Source of the DNA: the human T2T-CHM13v2.0 reference genome, Homo sapiens | NCBI RefSeq assembly: GCF_009914755.1 | Contig: NC_060938.1 | Length of the DNA: 64,000 nt | Reading direction: 5' to 3' (one strand) | Part shown: positions 19,333 to 33,300 of the stretch, one piece after another | Layout: each line of letters opens with the position of its first letter | Numbering within the stretch: the stretch's first letter is position 1 | Made by a program: the position numbers and the translations under genes | Notes under the pieces: generated by a model | Databases searched by the model: none | What the model was told of the DNA's origin: nothing | The model's input: the letters and a program-made list of their open reading frames with translations, nothing else

Positions 19333-19890
19333 TTATTATAATGTGCTTTTGTTATTTCCTAAGTTTTGTCTACCCAACCAAGTTATAAGTTCCTTGAGTA
19401 TAAGACCACGTCTGTGTTCTAGCCTTTTATATGCTGTCAAAATGCCATGTGCAAGGTAGATACTTTTAAAATACTTATTTCATATCACTTATTGATACAT
19501 GATAAATCTAACCATACTGGTCTGCTAGACATTACTCTAAAGTAAAAATAAATCATGGAATCACTGAATCATTCAAGGCTAAAACTAGTTTTGAATTTAT
19601 CAATAAACAAACAAATTATAACTTTTTCTTCTGTCTCATATATAGCCAATGTCTTTATTATATAAAAACTACCAATCAATTCAGTCATAGAGTCAATAAG
19701 ATAAATACCTGTTAAAAAACGAAAAAAAAAATCCAGCTTTTTAACTGAAATTTTCACCTTTTAAGCAGTTGTTGAATGTTTGATGGTTTTTTTTTTAACA
19801 GAGTCTAAAATTTTCTTAAACTCTATCATTAGTTAGATTGCCCTTCTTTTTAAGTCTTCGAGACAGCTTAATGTAATACAACTGTGATAA

Positions 19891-20282
19891 TTTGTAGACA
19901 CCCTGAAGAAGCAGTATAGACCCTTACCCAAAATTTGATTTGCATATTGAAACTGATGATGCCACACATCCCAATAGGGCATGAAAAGATTTTTCTAGTC
20001 ATATATTAAGGCCTTCTGGGGAGAGCGGGGCAGGCCTCCTGAACTGAAAAATAGCTTGAGAAGTAGAGAAAGAAGACTGGCTTTGGGTTTTTATGGTAGT
20101 TAGGGGGTGGGCTGGGTGGGGGCTCCCATATGTGGTTTGAACTTCCTACTGGCACCAAAGGAGGGAGCAACCAGGCTTTCTGATCAGCTTGGCCAAATGT
20201 GGGCAGAATGAGAAAAGAAGGGGTTAGGTTTAAAAATCCATCAACAGTCACATCAAAATATGGAGTCAAACCCTTTATTACT
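19891..20282 (-). mobile_element. LTR47-like solo LTR
   Basis: Reverse complement GTAATAAAGGGTTTGACTCCAT...GCTCCCTCCTTTGGTGCC...GTGTGGCATCATCAGT...AAATTTTGGGT resembles the recalled LTR47 consensus. Confidence 0.7.
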
Positions 20283-21149
20283 TGGTAACTCAGTACAGCT
20301 AATTTACAAAGCACAAAATACAATGATATTGAGCAAAATGTTTACAGAAGTTCATCAAATCTTAAATATCTTCACTTAAGCTATATAATTAATTGACAAA
20401 TACTGAACACAAAACATAAAGAAGAAATTTTTGTTATTGAAGGAGACAAAATTGTAAATGTTCTTCAAAAAATATTTAAGCAAAAAAGAATATTAACAGG
20501 ATCACCACTGATACAACAATCCAATTTTCAGAAATTACTCTTGCCCTTTACATTTAATTTTTAGCCATTGAAAGCATTAGCATAACTCATAAAATTAGAA
20601 TTGTACCATGTGTTATATTAGAAGAAAATAACACAGATTTTGTTATTAACATAAATTATTTGAAATTATTATTACAGTACCACTCTGTATACTACATAGT
20701 GAAGCAGAAGTGAAACCCAATAATTTTAATAGAAATTTTTAGTAGCTAAAGTACGCTTCAGCACTAACTCTGGAGTTACTACTGCAGTTCTTGTTCTTAT
20801 CAAAGTACCAACAATACTTCCAGAAAAAAACCTTAGGTTCCAAGGAGAAGCAGGCTTAATATTTAAATAAAGAGTAATGAAAAAAGCATCAAATTCTATT
20901 AAGATTAATAAAAGTTCTACCTGACCACGGCTCGCAAAATCAAAACCAAAATAAATAATGATTAGTTAATAGCACACACAAAACCCAAAATATTCAGTAT
21001 TTCAATATTTCAATAAATATAATCAAATAATGTAAACATTACTGCTTTAATCAATAAAAGAAAGCAGTCTTCATGTTTTAAGCAATAATGTAAATTTATG
21101 CCCTCATGAACACAGAACAGTAAAATAATTTAAGGAATTAATGACTAGC
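20260..21149 (-). other. C14orf39: C14orf39 3'UTR (about 890 nt, AU-rich)
   Basis: Non-repetitive AT-rich sequence from the stop codon to just past the first AATAAA; the end position is inferred. Confidence 0.7.
20274..20279 (-). terminator. Polyadenylation signal AATAAA
   Basis: tttatt on + strand; first canonical hexamer after the stop, followed by GU/U-rich sequence (TTTTGATGTGACTGTTG). Confidence 0.72.
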
Positions 21150-21352
21150 TCAAAAAAAAGTAAACTGTGTTGTATTTTGTGAGGAAGATGAAAAACCTTT
21201 TAAAGAAGAAGAAGGTATTGAATTTTGACCCTGTCCAAATGAAAATGGAAAACTAAAATCATCTTTTCCAGCTCCAAATGTATGAGTTGAAGTGTCTGAT
21301 GGAAAAGAAAATGTAAAGCCATCTTCTCCTTCTGGCTTCTCAAGTAAGTTTC
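21150..21352 (-). CDS. C14orf39: SIX6OS1 last coding exon (exon 18), GNLLEKPEGEDGFTFSF...NTTQFTFF*
   Basis: tag|GA acceptor; 203 nt to TGA at 21152-21150; cumulative count gives c.1764 (587 aa plus stop). Confidence 0.96.
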
Positions 21353-23212
21353 CTAAGGAAGATAAACATTACAATATCATGCTCTTCATATTATATAAAA
21401 TTTTTATAACCTACTGAATTATAGCATACTGCATACAATAAATATGGTAACACTGAATCAGTGTTACACAGGAATACAGGTATTTAATTGTATTCCTCTT
21501 AAGTGCAAGGCATTGTCCTTGGTACTATGAAGGTTAAAACAGACTCAAACTTAAACCCTGTTTTCAAGTAATTTGAACTCTAGTATATAAAGAACTAGTA
21601 TAAAAAGTAAAAAGTAGAATAAAACACCTCAAATGAAGAGACTGATACAGAGGCACAGAAACAGACATGCATAGGATGCATTAGAGTAACAGAAATCTAT
21701 TCAGCTTAGCAGGAGCAGTGAGAAATAATAAAGATGTATTAAGTGGAAATTAATGAAGATGAGCTTGGAAAGATTGCTGAATATCCCACTATGGAATCTG
21801 GACTTTATTTAGTAGATAACAAGAATTCATTGAAGATTTTCAAGCAGAGATATGACATGATTTGAACTGCTTTGTAAGTATTACTCAGGAGAGAATAGGT
21901 ATAAAGGCTGGAACAGGAGAGTCTAGAAGTGGGACTAACCAAAATAAAATAAAAGTCTATTGTCCAGTGAAGACATAATGAAATGTTGACCTTAGGTACA
22001 ATCATAGTGATGGTAATGGAGGAAAAAATGCTGAATCTAAGAGATACTGTATAAGTTAAACTTATTCAACTATTATTTATTGAGTCACTACAATATACTG
22101 CTCATGGCATTGTTCAAGGAAACTGACAGAACATTAAAAAGAGTTCTAAAAGGAATTTTTAAAATAAGCTTTAAATGTAGCTCTGGTTGATGAAGCCCAG
22201 AATTGCCATTAAGGAAAAATACTGTTTTTCACTTATTATATTACTTATTAATAAAATTATAAATATACAAATATATTTTCAACATCCTAATTCTAATTTA
22301 AAATTAATTATCATTAAATAATTTTAAGTCTATAGTAATCAAATATGTACTTGAAACAAGTCTTTTTAAATATCTATTTTTATATAGAATTAATCAAATA
22401 GCATATTAAGCAAAATAATTTGCATCACTTTGAATGTTTCATAAATTTTTTAACTTTCATATATTTAATAACTTTATTTTTATTTTTAAACATCTCAATT
22501 ATTTCACCCTAAATAGAACCAAGTCAACCAGCAGTAAGATGGGTGGATGGATGGATGGACAGACAGATGGATAGATGGACAGACTGACTACCAGATACTT
22601 GTGTTCTTCCCCTCTCCCTTTCTCACTTTATTTTTTTGACTATGTGTATTTCTCAGTACACAGCCATATGACTTAAAGAAAAATAGGTATAATGTAAACA
22701 CGGATCCAAAAAGAGCTAAAATCTTGAATTTCCCTTTGAATAAATGAATTTGATTTTGTTTTTAATTTCACAAGAAGTTCATATGAAGTCTTCATAAAAC
22801 TCATATGATCACTGTAAATAAAAGAACACATTACTGTGCAAGGCAGCATTATAGGTGCTATGGGGAATTCAAAGGTACATTTTAAAATCCTTGTCCTCAA
22901 AAAACCTGTGATCTAGAGGAGATTTTATATCTATTTATAAATAATGATGGTAGAATGGTAAAAAGTATAAAAAAGAAGAGATATTCAGAAAAGAGAGGGA
23001 GAGATCTTTTTGAAAAAGAAGATTGAGGGGATAAATAAAAGGTTTTATGGAAGAGAATTCTATCTCGAAAGATAGAAAGAGATAGAAGTTGGGGATTGCA
23101 AGAAGTAAAAAGCAGGTAAGAAAGTGTGGGCATACTTGAGACACACTGAGTTCCAGAGTCTGGCCAAAGCACAGGTTACCCTTATAAGATAAAAGCCTTA
23201 AAAGGTATGTTG

Positions 23213-23510
23213 GGGGATGAATAGAGACTGGTTAATGAGTATAAAAATACAGTTAGACAGAAGGAATAAGTTCTAGTACGGAATTTAAGAATAAGTTCTA
23301 GAGTAGTAGTATGGTTTACAAGAATTTATAGTGTATTTTGACATAGCTAGAAAAGAAGATTTGGAATATTCCCCACACAAAGAAATGATAAACGTCTGAG
23401 GTGATGGATATTCCAATTACCCTGATTTGATCATTACACATTGTATGCAGGTATCAAAATATCACATGGACCCCATAAATATGTACAACTATATACCAAT
23501 AAAAAATGAA
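23213..23510 (+). mobile_element. L1MA 3' end fragment
   Basis: gaggtgatggatattccaattaccctgatttgatcattacac motif. Confidence 0.7.
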
Positions 23511-24096
23511 ACAGGTAGTTGGAGCTAAATTAGAAAAGTAGAAGCATAATTTGATAGTCAGTGGGGGAGTCACTGAAGGTAACTGATTAGGGCAGTGACA
23601 TGGCCAACATTATGGGCACTGAAGATTAATTAAGCTGTGATCTATAGGTAAGCTGAAAAATGGAAAACACCAATTAGGATGATATTGTAACAGTCCAGGT
23701 GAACAGTAAGACTGAAATATAATGGTTTCAATGAAAATAGAAAATAAAAATAAATATTTAAGAGAGAGAACTGATAAAACTTAATGACTAGTTGAATGTA
23801 GTCACAGTCACAGAGAGAAGTTAAAATTGTTACCATGCTCCAAACCTTAAAAGCCAGAATAATGGAGATACCATCAGGGACGTCAGAAGGAGAGCAAGTT
23901 TCATTTCAGCTACACTGAGTTTTTAATGTCAAAAGATGTCTAAAGAGATTTAAACTGTACAATCAGAAATAAGGTCCTAGAGTTTAGAAGTCAGTGCAGC
24001 AAGATATAAATTTGTTCATTATCTGTATGTATTATATTTGAAAACACTGAAGTGAATGAGTGTCAAATGAATGAGAATGTCAAAAAAGAGGATGTG

Positions 24097-24385
<289 letters not shown>

Positions 24386-24439
24386 AAAAGAGGATGTAAA
24401 TAGATTTAAATTTTTAGATGGCAGACATTTAATAAATAC

Positions 24440-25340
24440 AATTGGTAGATTCATTCTGATCTCATAGCATTAAATACCATTTATAAAAATTCCAAAATCT
24501 GTGTCTCCATCTCATTGAATTCGAAATTCATATGTACAATTTCCTACTTTACTTTCACTTACGTATCTAATAAATAGGCTTTTCAATTAAAACACTTCCT
24601 AAATGAAACCCCTGTCTCCTCAATCTCAAATTACGCTTAGAGCCTTCCATATTTCTATAAATGGCAACTCCATTCCAAGTTATTCATGTCAAAACCATGG
24701 CACAATCTTTGTTTCTCTCTCTCAATCCTTATATCCAGTCCATAAGCAAATTCTTCCAGCTCTATCTTCAGAAAACTTTGTAACCAAAATCTGACATGTT
24801 CTCACCACTTCTACTACTACTACTCATCAATTCTCACTTTGTATCATTTTATAGCTTCCTGACCTTTCCCTGCTTTTGCCCTTGTTTCCATACAGTCTGT
24901 TCTCCACATAGCAGCCAGAATAATTCTTTTAAAACCTGTCAGATCATTTCAGTCCTTTACTTAAAACCTTCCAGAGGTTTCCCATTTCACTCAGAAAAAA
25001 AACCCTAAGTCCTTAATGATCTACAGGTCCCACATGATTTGCTCTCCATCCACCTCTTGGATTTAATCTCCCACCAGTCTCTCCTTCCTTATTCCATAAA
25101 TCATACCAATTTAACTAATTTTCAACGAACATACTGAGTATGTTCCCATTTCAAGACCTTTTTGCCCTTTGCTTGGAACACTTTTCCCAGTAGCTTGTAT
25201 ATGCACCTCCTTCTGCTCAATGTTGACTTTTAGTGATGCCTTTCCTGACTCCTTGCAATACGGCAATCACCTTCCCAATCCAAGTATTCCCTATTTCCCT
25301 TACTCTACATTACTTTGCTGCATAGTATTTATCACCAACA
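24440..25340 (+). mobile_element. L2 fragment
   Basis: ttctccacatagcagccagaataattcttttaaaac and related L2 motifs. Confidence 0.6.
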
Positions 25341-26378
25341 ATAAGTAAAAAATTAACATCAAGCCTGGGAAGATTCGGGCCCACCTGGAAAATGACCTTG
25401 GAGCCTGACTTCCCACAGCACTGTTTTCACAGAATTAAGGTAAACACAGAATGTTTTATCTATCTAGTCTGCTGTGTGAGACTGCACCTGAATTAGAGGA
25501 GCTATGAGTTAGCATACAGGCCTTGGGCCTCATGACTAGAATAATATAAAAGACTGGTGTGAAATTGAAGTTACAGCTCTTGTGTTTCAAGGTGACCTAC
25601 ATGCAACATGCCTTTTGTCCATAGCAGCCTGACATGTTCCTTGGGTGGCAGTGGCAAAAGAAGGTGTATTACTTGGGTAGTTGGTGATCCTCTCAATGAA
25701 ACAAGGATGCTGTACCTACCATTATCTCTTATCTTGTATCATTCTACAACATAAAGGTAATATTAGATTTAAAATCATAATATGTGAGTCTGACTATTCA
25801 AGCCCATAACAACTGTTGTTTAGTGTACTATCTGATAAATTATACATTGATTTATTTGACTATTTTCAGTTTATCCCACTGGAACATAAACCATATGAGA
25901 ATTTTTCATTCTTGTCCACTGTCACCACAGCCCAAAAGCATACCTGATATAAAATATAATACACGTACATATTTATATTAATATGTTGAATGAATTAATC
26001 AATCAAAGGAAAAATGAAGAAAGAATATCCAATAAAAAGTATCAAAGAGAGAAAAGGAAATCCAAAAATTACAGAAAAAAGATGGAAATAACCAATTATA
26101 TCAGATGTTGCAAAGAGTCTTAATATGATAATAAATACAAGATACCCATAATGTTTGATAATTGGGAGGTCAATAACCTTGGAGAAAGTAAGTTTTAATA
26201 GAGTAGTGAGAAAAGCTAATTGCTTGAAAAAGAAAGAAAAGAATATCAGTGAGTAGTGCAGAAGTAACAGTAATTTCTAAAGAATAAATTGAGCACCTAA
26301 GAAAATAAGTTAGAGAAACTAAATACTGTACTAATGAGTTAACATGTTTTTAAAGGTAGCAAACTTCAAACAACTTAC

Positions 26379-26436
26379 CAATCTCTTGCTCTGATGACAG
26401 AGGATTTAGATTTCTTGCAGAATAATGTTCATTAAA
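26379..26436 (-). CDS. C14orf39: SIX6OS1 exon 17, FNEHYSARNLNPLSSEQEI
   Basis: 58 nt, cag|TTT...G|gtaagt; phase 0/1. Confidence 0.93.
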
Positions 26437-27350
26437 CTGGAAAATAATTTCCATTAAATATTACTTGTGAAATCAGTAGGACAGTATATATAGTACATAT
26501 ATTTGAATCTAAAGCTTAGTTCTTCTAACACACAGAATTAAAGTAGACATATGGTACCTTTATATAGCACACTCTTATACTTAAAAAGATCTATCTTCAA
26601 AACCTGTCATTTACTTATATTAAAATAAGGTCTATTGATTTGATTCAGGCAAAATACACTGTACTAAAGATAGCTCTTACTTTAGAATCTTAATATGATA
26701 TTTTGCTTTATTCTGAAAGCTTTTAACAAATCAGGTTGTTGGTATTTTTTTTGCCTATAAAAGTAACAGGAAGTGGATAGCTTCATGTCAGTTGAGATCA
26801 AGTTTTGCTGCCAAAAGTCTATTTTATCAGTAAAACAGGCTTTTAAAAAAAATGAGATCATGACAGCATAGTTTTCTGTGCACCTTTTTCCTCTTCACAT
26901 TGCATTGTGAGCATTTGTCCATGTCATTATTCTTCTAAAATCTGACTCTTTCCATGGCTCTATAATATTCCTCCACATAGACAAACCAGACAGTTTCAAC
27001 CATCCTTTAATACTGGACATGTAAGTTGTCCCAACTTTGTTTTTTATATAGAAGTCACATGTGAATAAACACTGTTATGCACAGATTTATGTTTCTTTGA
27101 CAATTAATAAGGAAAGCTGTTTTCTCATAGATTTTATAAGCCACTTGAATTTCTTTTTCAGTGAATTATCTCTTTGTCAAATGGACTTTGCTCATTTTTC
27201 TATTGAGAAAGTAATTTTTTCCTTATTGGTACATATAAGCACTTTATAGTCTAGAGACGTTAATTAACTATTTGCAATCTTATTGCAAATATTTTACATC
27301 TTCGTCATTTTGCCCTTAAGATTTTTTAACATATAGAAGTTTAGATTTTG

Positions 27351-30300
27351 GGGTCGCTTCCAAGATGGCCAAATAGGAAGAGCTCTGGTCTGCAGCTCCC
27401 AGCGAGATCTACACAGAAGACAGGTGATCTCTGCATTTCCAACTGAGGTACCTGGTTCATCTCAATGGGACTGGTTGGACAGTGGGTGCAGCCCACAGAG
27501 GGTGAGCTGCAGCAGGGCAGGGCGTCCCCTCACCCGTGAAGTGCATGGGGTTGGGGGATTTCCCTTTCCTAGCCAAGGGAAGCTGTGACAGACTGTACCT
27601 GGAAAAACAGTACACTCCCGCCCAAATACTGCACTTTGTCCAAGGTCTTAGCAACCAGCAGACCAGGAGATTCCCTCCCGTGCCTGGCTCGGTGAGTGCC
27701 ATGCCCAAGGAGCCTTGCTCACTGCTAGCATAGCAGTCTGAGATTGACCTGTGAGGCTGCAGCCTGGCAGGGGGAGGGGTGTCTGCCATTGCTGAGGCTT
27801 GAGTAGGTAAACAAAGCAGCCAGGAAGCTTGAACTGGGGGAGCCCACCACAGCTCAGCAAGGCCTACTGCCTCTATAGACTCAAACTCTGTGAGCAGGGC
27901 ACAGCTGAACAAAAGGCAATAGAAAACTTCTGCAGACCTAAATGTCCCTGTCTGACAGCTCTGAAGAGAGCAGTGGTTCTCCCAGTATGGCATTCAAGCT
28001 CAGAGAATGGACAGACTGCCTCCTCAAGTGGGTCCCTGACTCCCATGTAGCCTGACTGGGAGACATCTCCCAGTAGAGGCTGACAGACACCTCAAACAGG
28101 TAGGTGACCCTATGGGACAAAGATTCCAGAAGAAGGATCAGGCAGCAATATTTGCTGTTCTGCAATATTTACTGTTCTGCAGCCTCCACTGGTGATACAC
28201 AGGCAAACAGGGTCTGGAGTGGATCTCCAGCAAACTACAACAGACCTGCAGCTGAGGGGCCTGACTGTTAGAAGGAAAACTAACAAACAGAAAGGAATAG
28301 CATCAACATCAACAAAAAGGACATCCACACCAAAACCCCATCTGTAGGTTACCAACATAAAAGACCAAAGGTAGATAAAACCACAAAGATGGGGAGAAAC
28401 CAGAGCAGAAAAGCTGAAAATTCAAAAAACCAGAGTGCCTCTTCTCCTCAAAAGGATTGCTGCTCCTTGCCAGCAATGGAACAAAACTGGACAGAAAATG
28501 ACTTTGACGAGTTGATGGATGCAGGCTTCAGAAGGTCGGTAATAACAAACTTCTACGAGCTAAAGGAGCATGTTCTAACCCATCACAAAGAAGCTAAAAA
28601 CCTTGAAAAAAGGTTAGACGAATGGCTAACTAGAATAAACAGCGTAGAGAAGACTTTAAATGGCCTGATGGAGCTGAAAACCATGGCACAAGAACTTCAG
28701 GACACATACAAAAGCTTCAATAGCCGATTCGATTAAGTGGAAGAAAGGATATCAGTGATTGAAGATCAAATTAATGAAATAAAGCAAGAAGACAAGATTA
28801 GAGAAAAAAGAGTAAAAAGAAACAAACGAAGCCTCCAAGAAATATGGGAATATGTGAAAAGACCAAATATACGTTTGATTGGTGTACCTGAAAGTGACGG
28901 GGAGAATGGAACCAAGTTAGAAAACACTCTTCAGGATATTATCCAGGAGAACTTCCCTAATCTAGCAAGGCAGGCCAACATTCAAATTCAGGAAATGCAG
29001 ATAACACCACAAAGATACTCCTCGAAAAGAGCAACCCCAAGACACATAATTGTCAGATTCACCAAGATTGAAATGAAGGAAACAATGTTAAGGGCAGCCA
29101 GAGAGAAAGGTCGGGTTACCCACAAAGGGAATCCCATCAGACCCACAATCCCATCAGACTAACAGCAGATCTCTCAGCAGAAACCCTACAAGCCAGAAGA
29201 GAGTGGGGGCCAATATTCAACATTCTTAAAGAAAAGAATTTTCAAGCCAGAATCTCATATCCAGCCAAACTAACCTTCATAAGTGAAGGAGAAATAAAAT
29301 ACTTTACAGACAAGCAAATGCTGAGAGATTTTTGTCACCACCAGGCCTGCCTTACAAGAGCTCCTGAAGGGAACACTAAACTTGGAAAGGAACAACCAGT
29401 ACCAGCCACTGCAAAAACATGCCAAATTGTAAAGACCATTGATGCTATGAAGAAACTACATCAATTAACGGGCAAAATAACCAGCTAACATCATGACAGG
29501 ATCAAATTCAAACATAACAATATTAACCTTAAATGCAAATGGGCTAAATGCCCCAATAAAAAGACACAGACTGGAAAATTGGATAAAGAGTCAAGACCCA
29601 TCACTGTGCTGTATTCAGGAGACCCATCTTACATGCAGAGACACACATAGGCTCAAAACAAAGAGATGGAGGAAGATATACCAAGCAAACTGAAAGGAAA
29701 AAAACCAGGAGTTGCAATCCTAGTCTCTGATAAAACAGACTTTAAACCAACAAAGATCAAAAGAGATAATGAAGGCTATTACAAAATGATAAAGGGATCA
29801 ATTCAACAAGAAGAGCTAACTATCCTAAATATATATGAACCCAATACAGGAGCACCCAGATTCATAAAGCAAGTCATTAGAGAGCTACAAAGAGACTTAG
29901 ACTCCCACATAATAATGGGAGACGTTAACACAACACTGTCAATATTAGACAGATCAACAAGACAGAAAGTTAACAAGGATATCCAGGACTTGAACTCAGC
30001 TCTGCACCAAATGGGCCTAATAGACATCTACAGTACTCTCCAACCCAAATCAACAGAATATACATTCTTCTCAGCACCACATTGCACTTATTCTAAAATC
30101 GACCACATAATTGGAAGTAAAACACTCCTCAGCAAATGTAAAAGGACATAAATCACAACAAACTGTCTCTCAGACCACAGTGCAATCAAATTAGAACTCA
30201 GGATTAAGAAACTCACTCAAACCCCCACAACTACATGGAAACTGAACAACATGCTCCTGAATGACTACTGGATAAATAACAAAATGAAGGGAGAAATAAA

Positions 30301-33300
30301 GACGTTCTTTGAAACCAATGAGAACAAAGACAAAACGTACCAGAATCTCTGGGACACGTTTAAAGCAGTGTGTAGAGGGAAATTTATAGTACTAAAAACT
30401 CCCAAGAGAAAGCAGGAAAGATCTAAAATCGACACCCTAACATCAAAATTAAAAGAGCTAGAGGAGCAAGAGCAAAGAAATTCAAAAGCTAGCAGAAGGC
30501 AAGAAATAACTAAGATCAGAGCAGAACTGAAGAGCTAGAGACACAAAAAACCCTTCAACAAATCAATGAATCCAGCATTGGATTCAACAAAATTGATAGA
30601 CTGCTAGCAAGACTAGTAAACAAGAAAAGAGAGAAGAATCAAATAGATGCAATAAAAAATGTTAAGGGGATATCACCACTGATCCCACAGAAATACAAAG
30701 TACCATCAGAGAATACTAAAAACACCTCTATGCAAATAAACTAGAAAATTTAGAAGAAATGCTTAAATTCCTGGACATATACACCCTCCAAAGACTAAAC
30801 CAGGAAGAAGTTGAATCTCTGAATAGACGAATGACAGATTCTGAAATTGAGGCAATAATTAATAGCCTACCAACCAAAAAAAGTCCAGGACCAGACGGAA
30901 TCACAACCAAATTCTACCACAGGTACAAAGAGGAGCTGACACCATTCCTTCTGAAACTATTCCAATCAATAGAATAAAAGGGAATCCCCCATAACTCATT
31001 TTATGAGGCCAGCATCATCTTGATACCAAAGCCTGGCAGAGACACAACAAAAAAAGAGAATTTTAGACCAATATCCCTGATGAACATCAATGTGAAAATC
31101 CTCAATAAAATACTGGCAAATCCAATACAGCAGCACATCAAAAAGTTTATCCACCACAATAAAGTTGGCTTCATCCCTAGGATGCAAGGCTGGCTCAACA
31201 TATGCAAATCAATACACGTGATCCATCACATAAACAGAACCAATGACAAAAACCACACGATTATCTCAATAGATGCAGAAAAGGCCTTTGACAAAATTCA
31301 ACACCCCTTCAAGCTAAAAACTCTCAATAAACTAGGTATTGATGGAACGTATCTCAAAATAATAAGAGCTATCTATGACAAACCCACAGCCAATATCATA
31401 CTGAATGGGCAAAAACTGGAAGCATTCCCTTTGAAAACGGGCACAAGACAAGGATGCCCTCTCACACCACTCCTGTTCAATATAGTGTTGGAAGTTCTGG
31501 CCAGGGCAATCAGGCAAGAGAAAGAAATAAAGGGTATTCGAATAGGAAAAGAGGAAGTCAAATTATCTCTGTTTGCAGATGACATGATTGTATATTTAGA
31601 AAAGCCCATCATCTCAGCCCAAAATCTCCTTAAGCTGATAAGCAACTTCAGCAGTCTCAGGATACAAAATCAATGTGCAAAAATCACAAGCATTCCTATA
31701 CACCAATAACAGACAGAGAGCCAAATCATGAGTGAACTCCCATTCACAAATGCTTCAAAGAGAATAAAATACCAGAAATACAACTTACAAGGCATGTGAA
31801 GGACCTCTTCAAGGAGAACTACAAACCACTGCTCAATGAAATAAAAGAGGACACAAACAAATGGAAGAACATTCCATGCTCATGGATAGAAAGACTCAAT
31901 ATCGTGAAAATGGCCATACTGCCCAAGATAATTTATAGATCCAATGCTATCCCCATCAAGCTACCAAAGACTTTCTTCATAGAATTGGAAAAAACTACTT
32001 TAAAGTTCATATGGAACCCAAAAAAAGCCCGCATAGCCAAGACAATCTTAAGCAAAAAGACCAAAGCTGGAGGCATCACACTACCTGACTTCAAACTATA
32101 CTACAAGTCTATAGTAACCAAAACAGCTTGGTACTGGTACCAAAACAGACATATAGACCAATGAAACAGAACAGAGGCCTCAGAAATAACACCACACATG
32201 TACAACCATCTGATCTTTGACAAACCTGACAAAAACAGCAACGGGGAAAGGATTCCCTATTTAATAAATGGTGCTGGGAAAACTGGCTAGCCATATGTAG
32301 AAAGCTGAAACTGGATCCCTTCCTTACATCTTATACAAAAATTAACTCAAGATGGATTAAAGACTTAAATGTAAGACCTAAAACCATAAAAACCCTAGAA
32401 GAAAACCTAGGCAATACCATTCAGGACACAGGCATGGCCGAGGACTTCATGACCAAAACACCAAAAGCAATGGCAACAAAAGCCAAAATAGACAAATGGA
32501 ATCTAATTAAAATAAAGAGCTTGTGCACAGCAAAAGAAACTATCATCAGAGTGAACAGGCAACCTACAGAATGGGAGAAAATTTTTGCAATCTACCCATC
32601 TGACAACGGGCTAATATCCAGAATCTACAAAGAACTTAAACAAATTTATAAGAAAAAAAATAAAAAAGTGGGCAAAGGATATGAAGACACTTCTCAAAAG
32701 CAGACATTTATGCAGCCAACAGACACATGAAAAAATGCTCATCATCACTGGTCATTAGAGAAATGCAAATCAAAACCACAATGAGATACTATCTCATGCT
32801 AGTTAGAATGGCAATTATTAAAAAGTCAGGAAACAACAGATGCTGGAGAGGATATGGAGAAATAGGAACACTTTTACAGTGTTCGTGGGAGTGTAAATTA
32901 GTTCTACCATTATGGAAGATAGTGTGGCAATTCCTCAAGGATCTAGAACTAGAAATACCGTTTGACCCAGCAATCCCATTACTGGGTATATACCCAAAGG
33001 ATTATAAATCATGCTGCTATAAAGACACATGCACACGTATGTTTTTTGTGGCACTATTCACAATAGCAAAGACTTGGAACCAACCCAAATGTCCATCAAC
33101 ATCAATGATAGAATGGATTAAGAAAATGTGGCACATATACACCATGGAATACTATGCAGCCATAAAAAGGACGAGTTCATGTTCTTTGCAGGGACATGGA
33201 TGCAGCTGGAAACCATCATTCTCAGCAAACTATCACAAGGACAGAAAACCAAACACCGCATGTTCTCACTCATAGGTGGAAACTGAACAATGAGAACACA

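Noticed and set aside
20006-20323. 105-aa minus-strand ORF downstream of the gene
   Set aside because: Lies almost wholly within the LTR and crosses the predicted cleavage site; probably chance.
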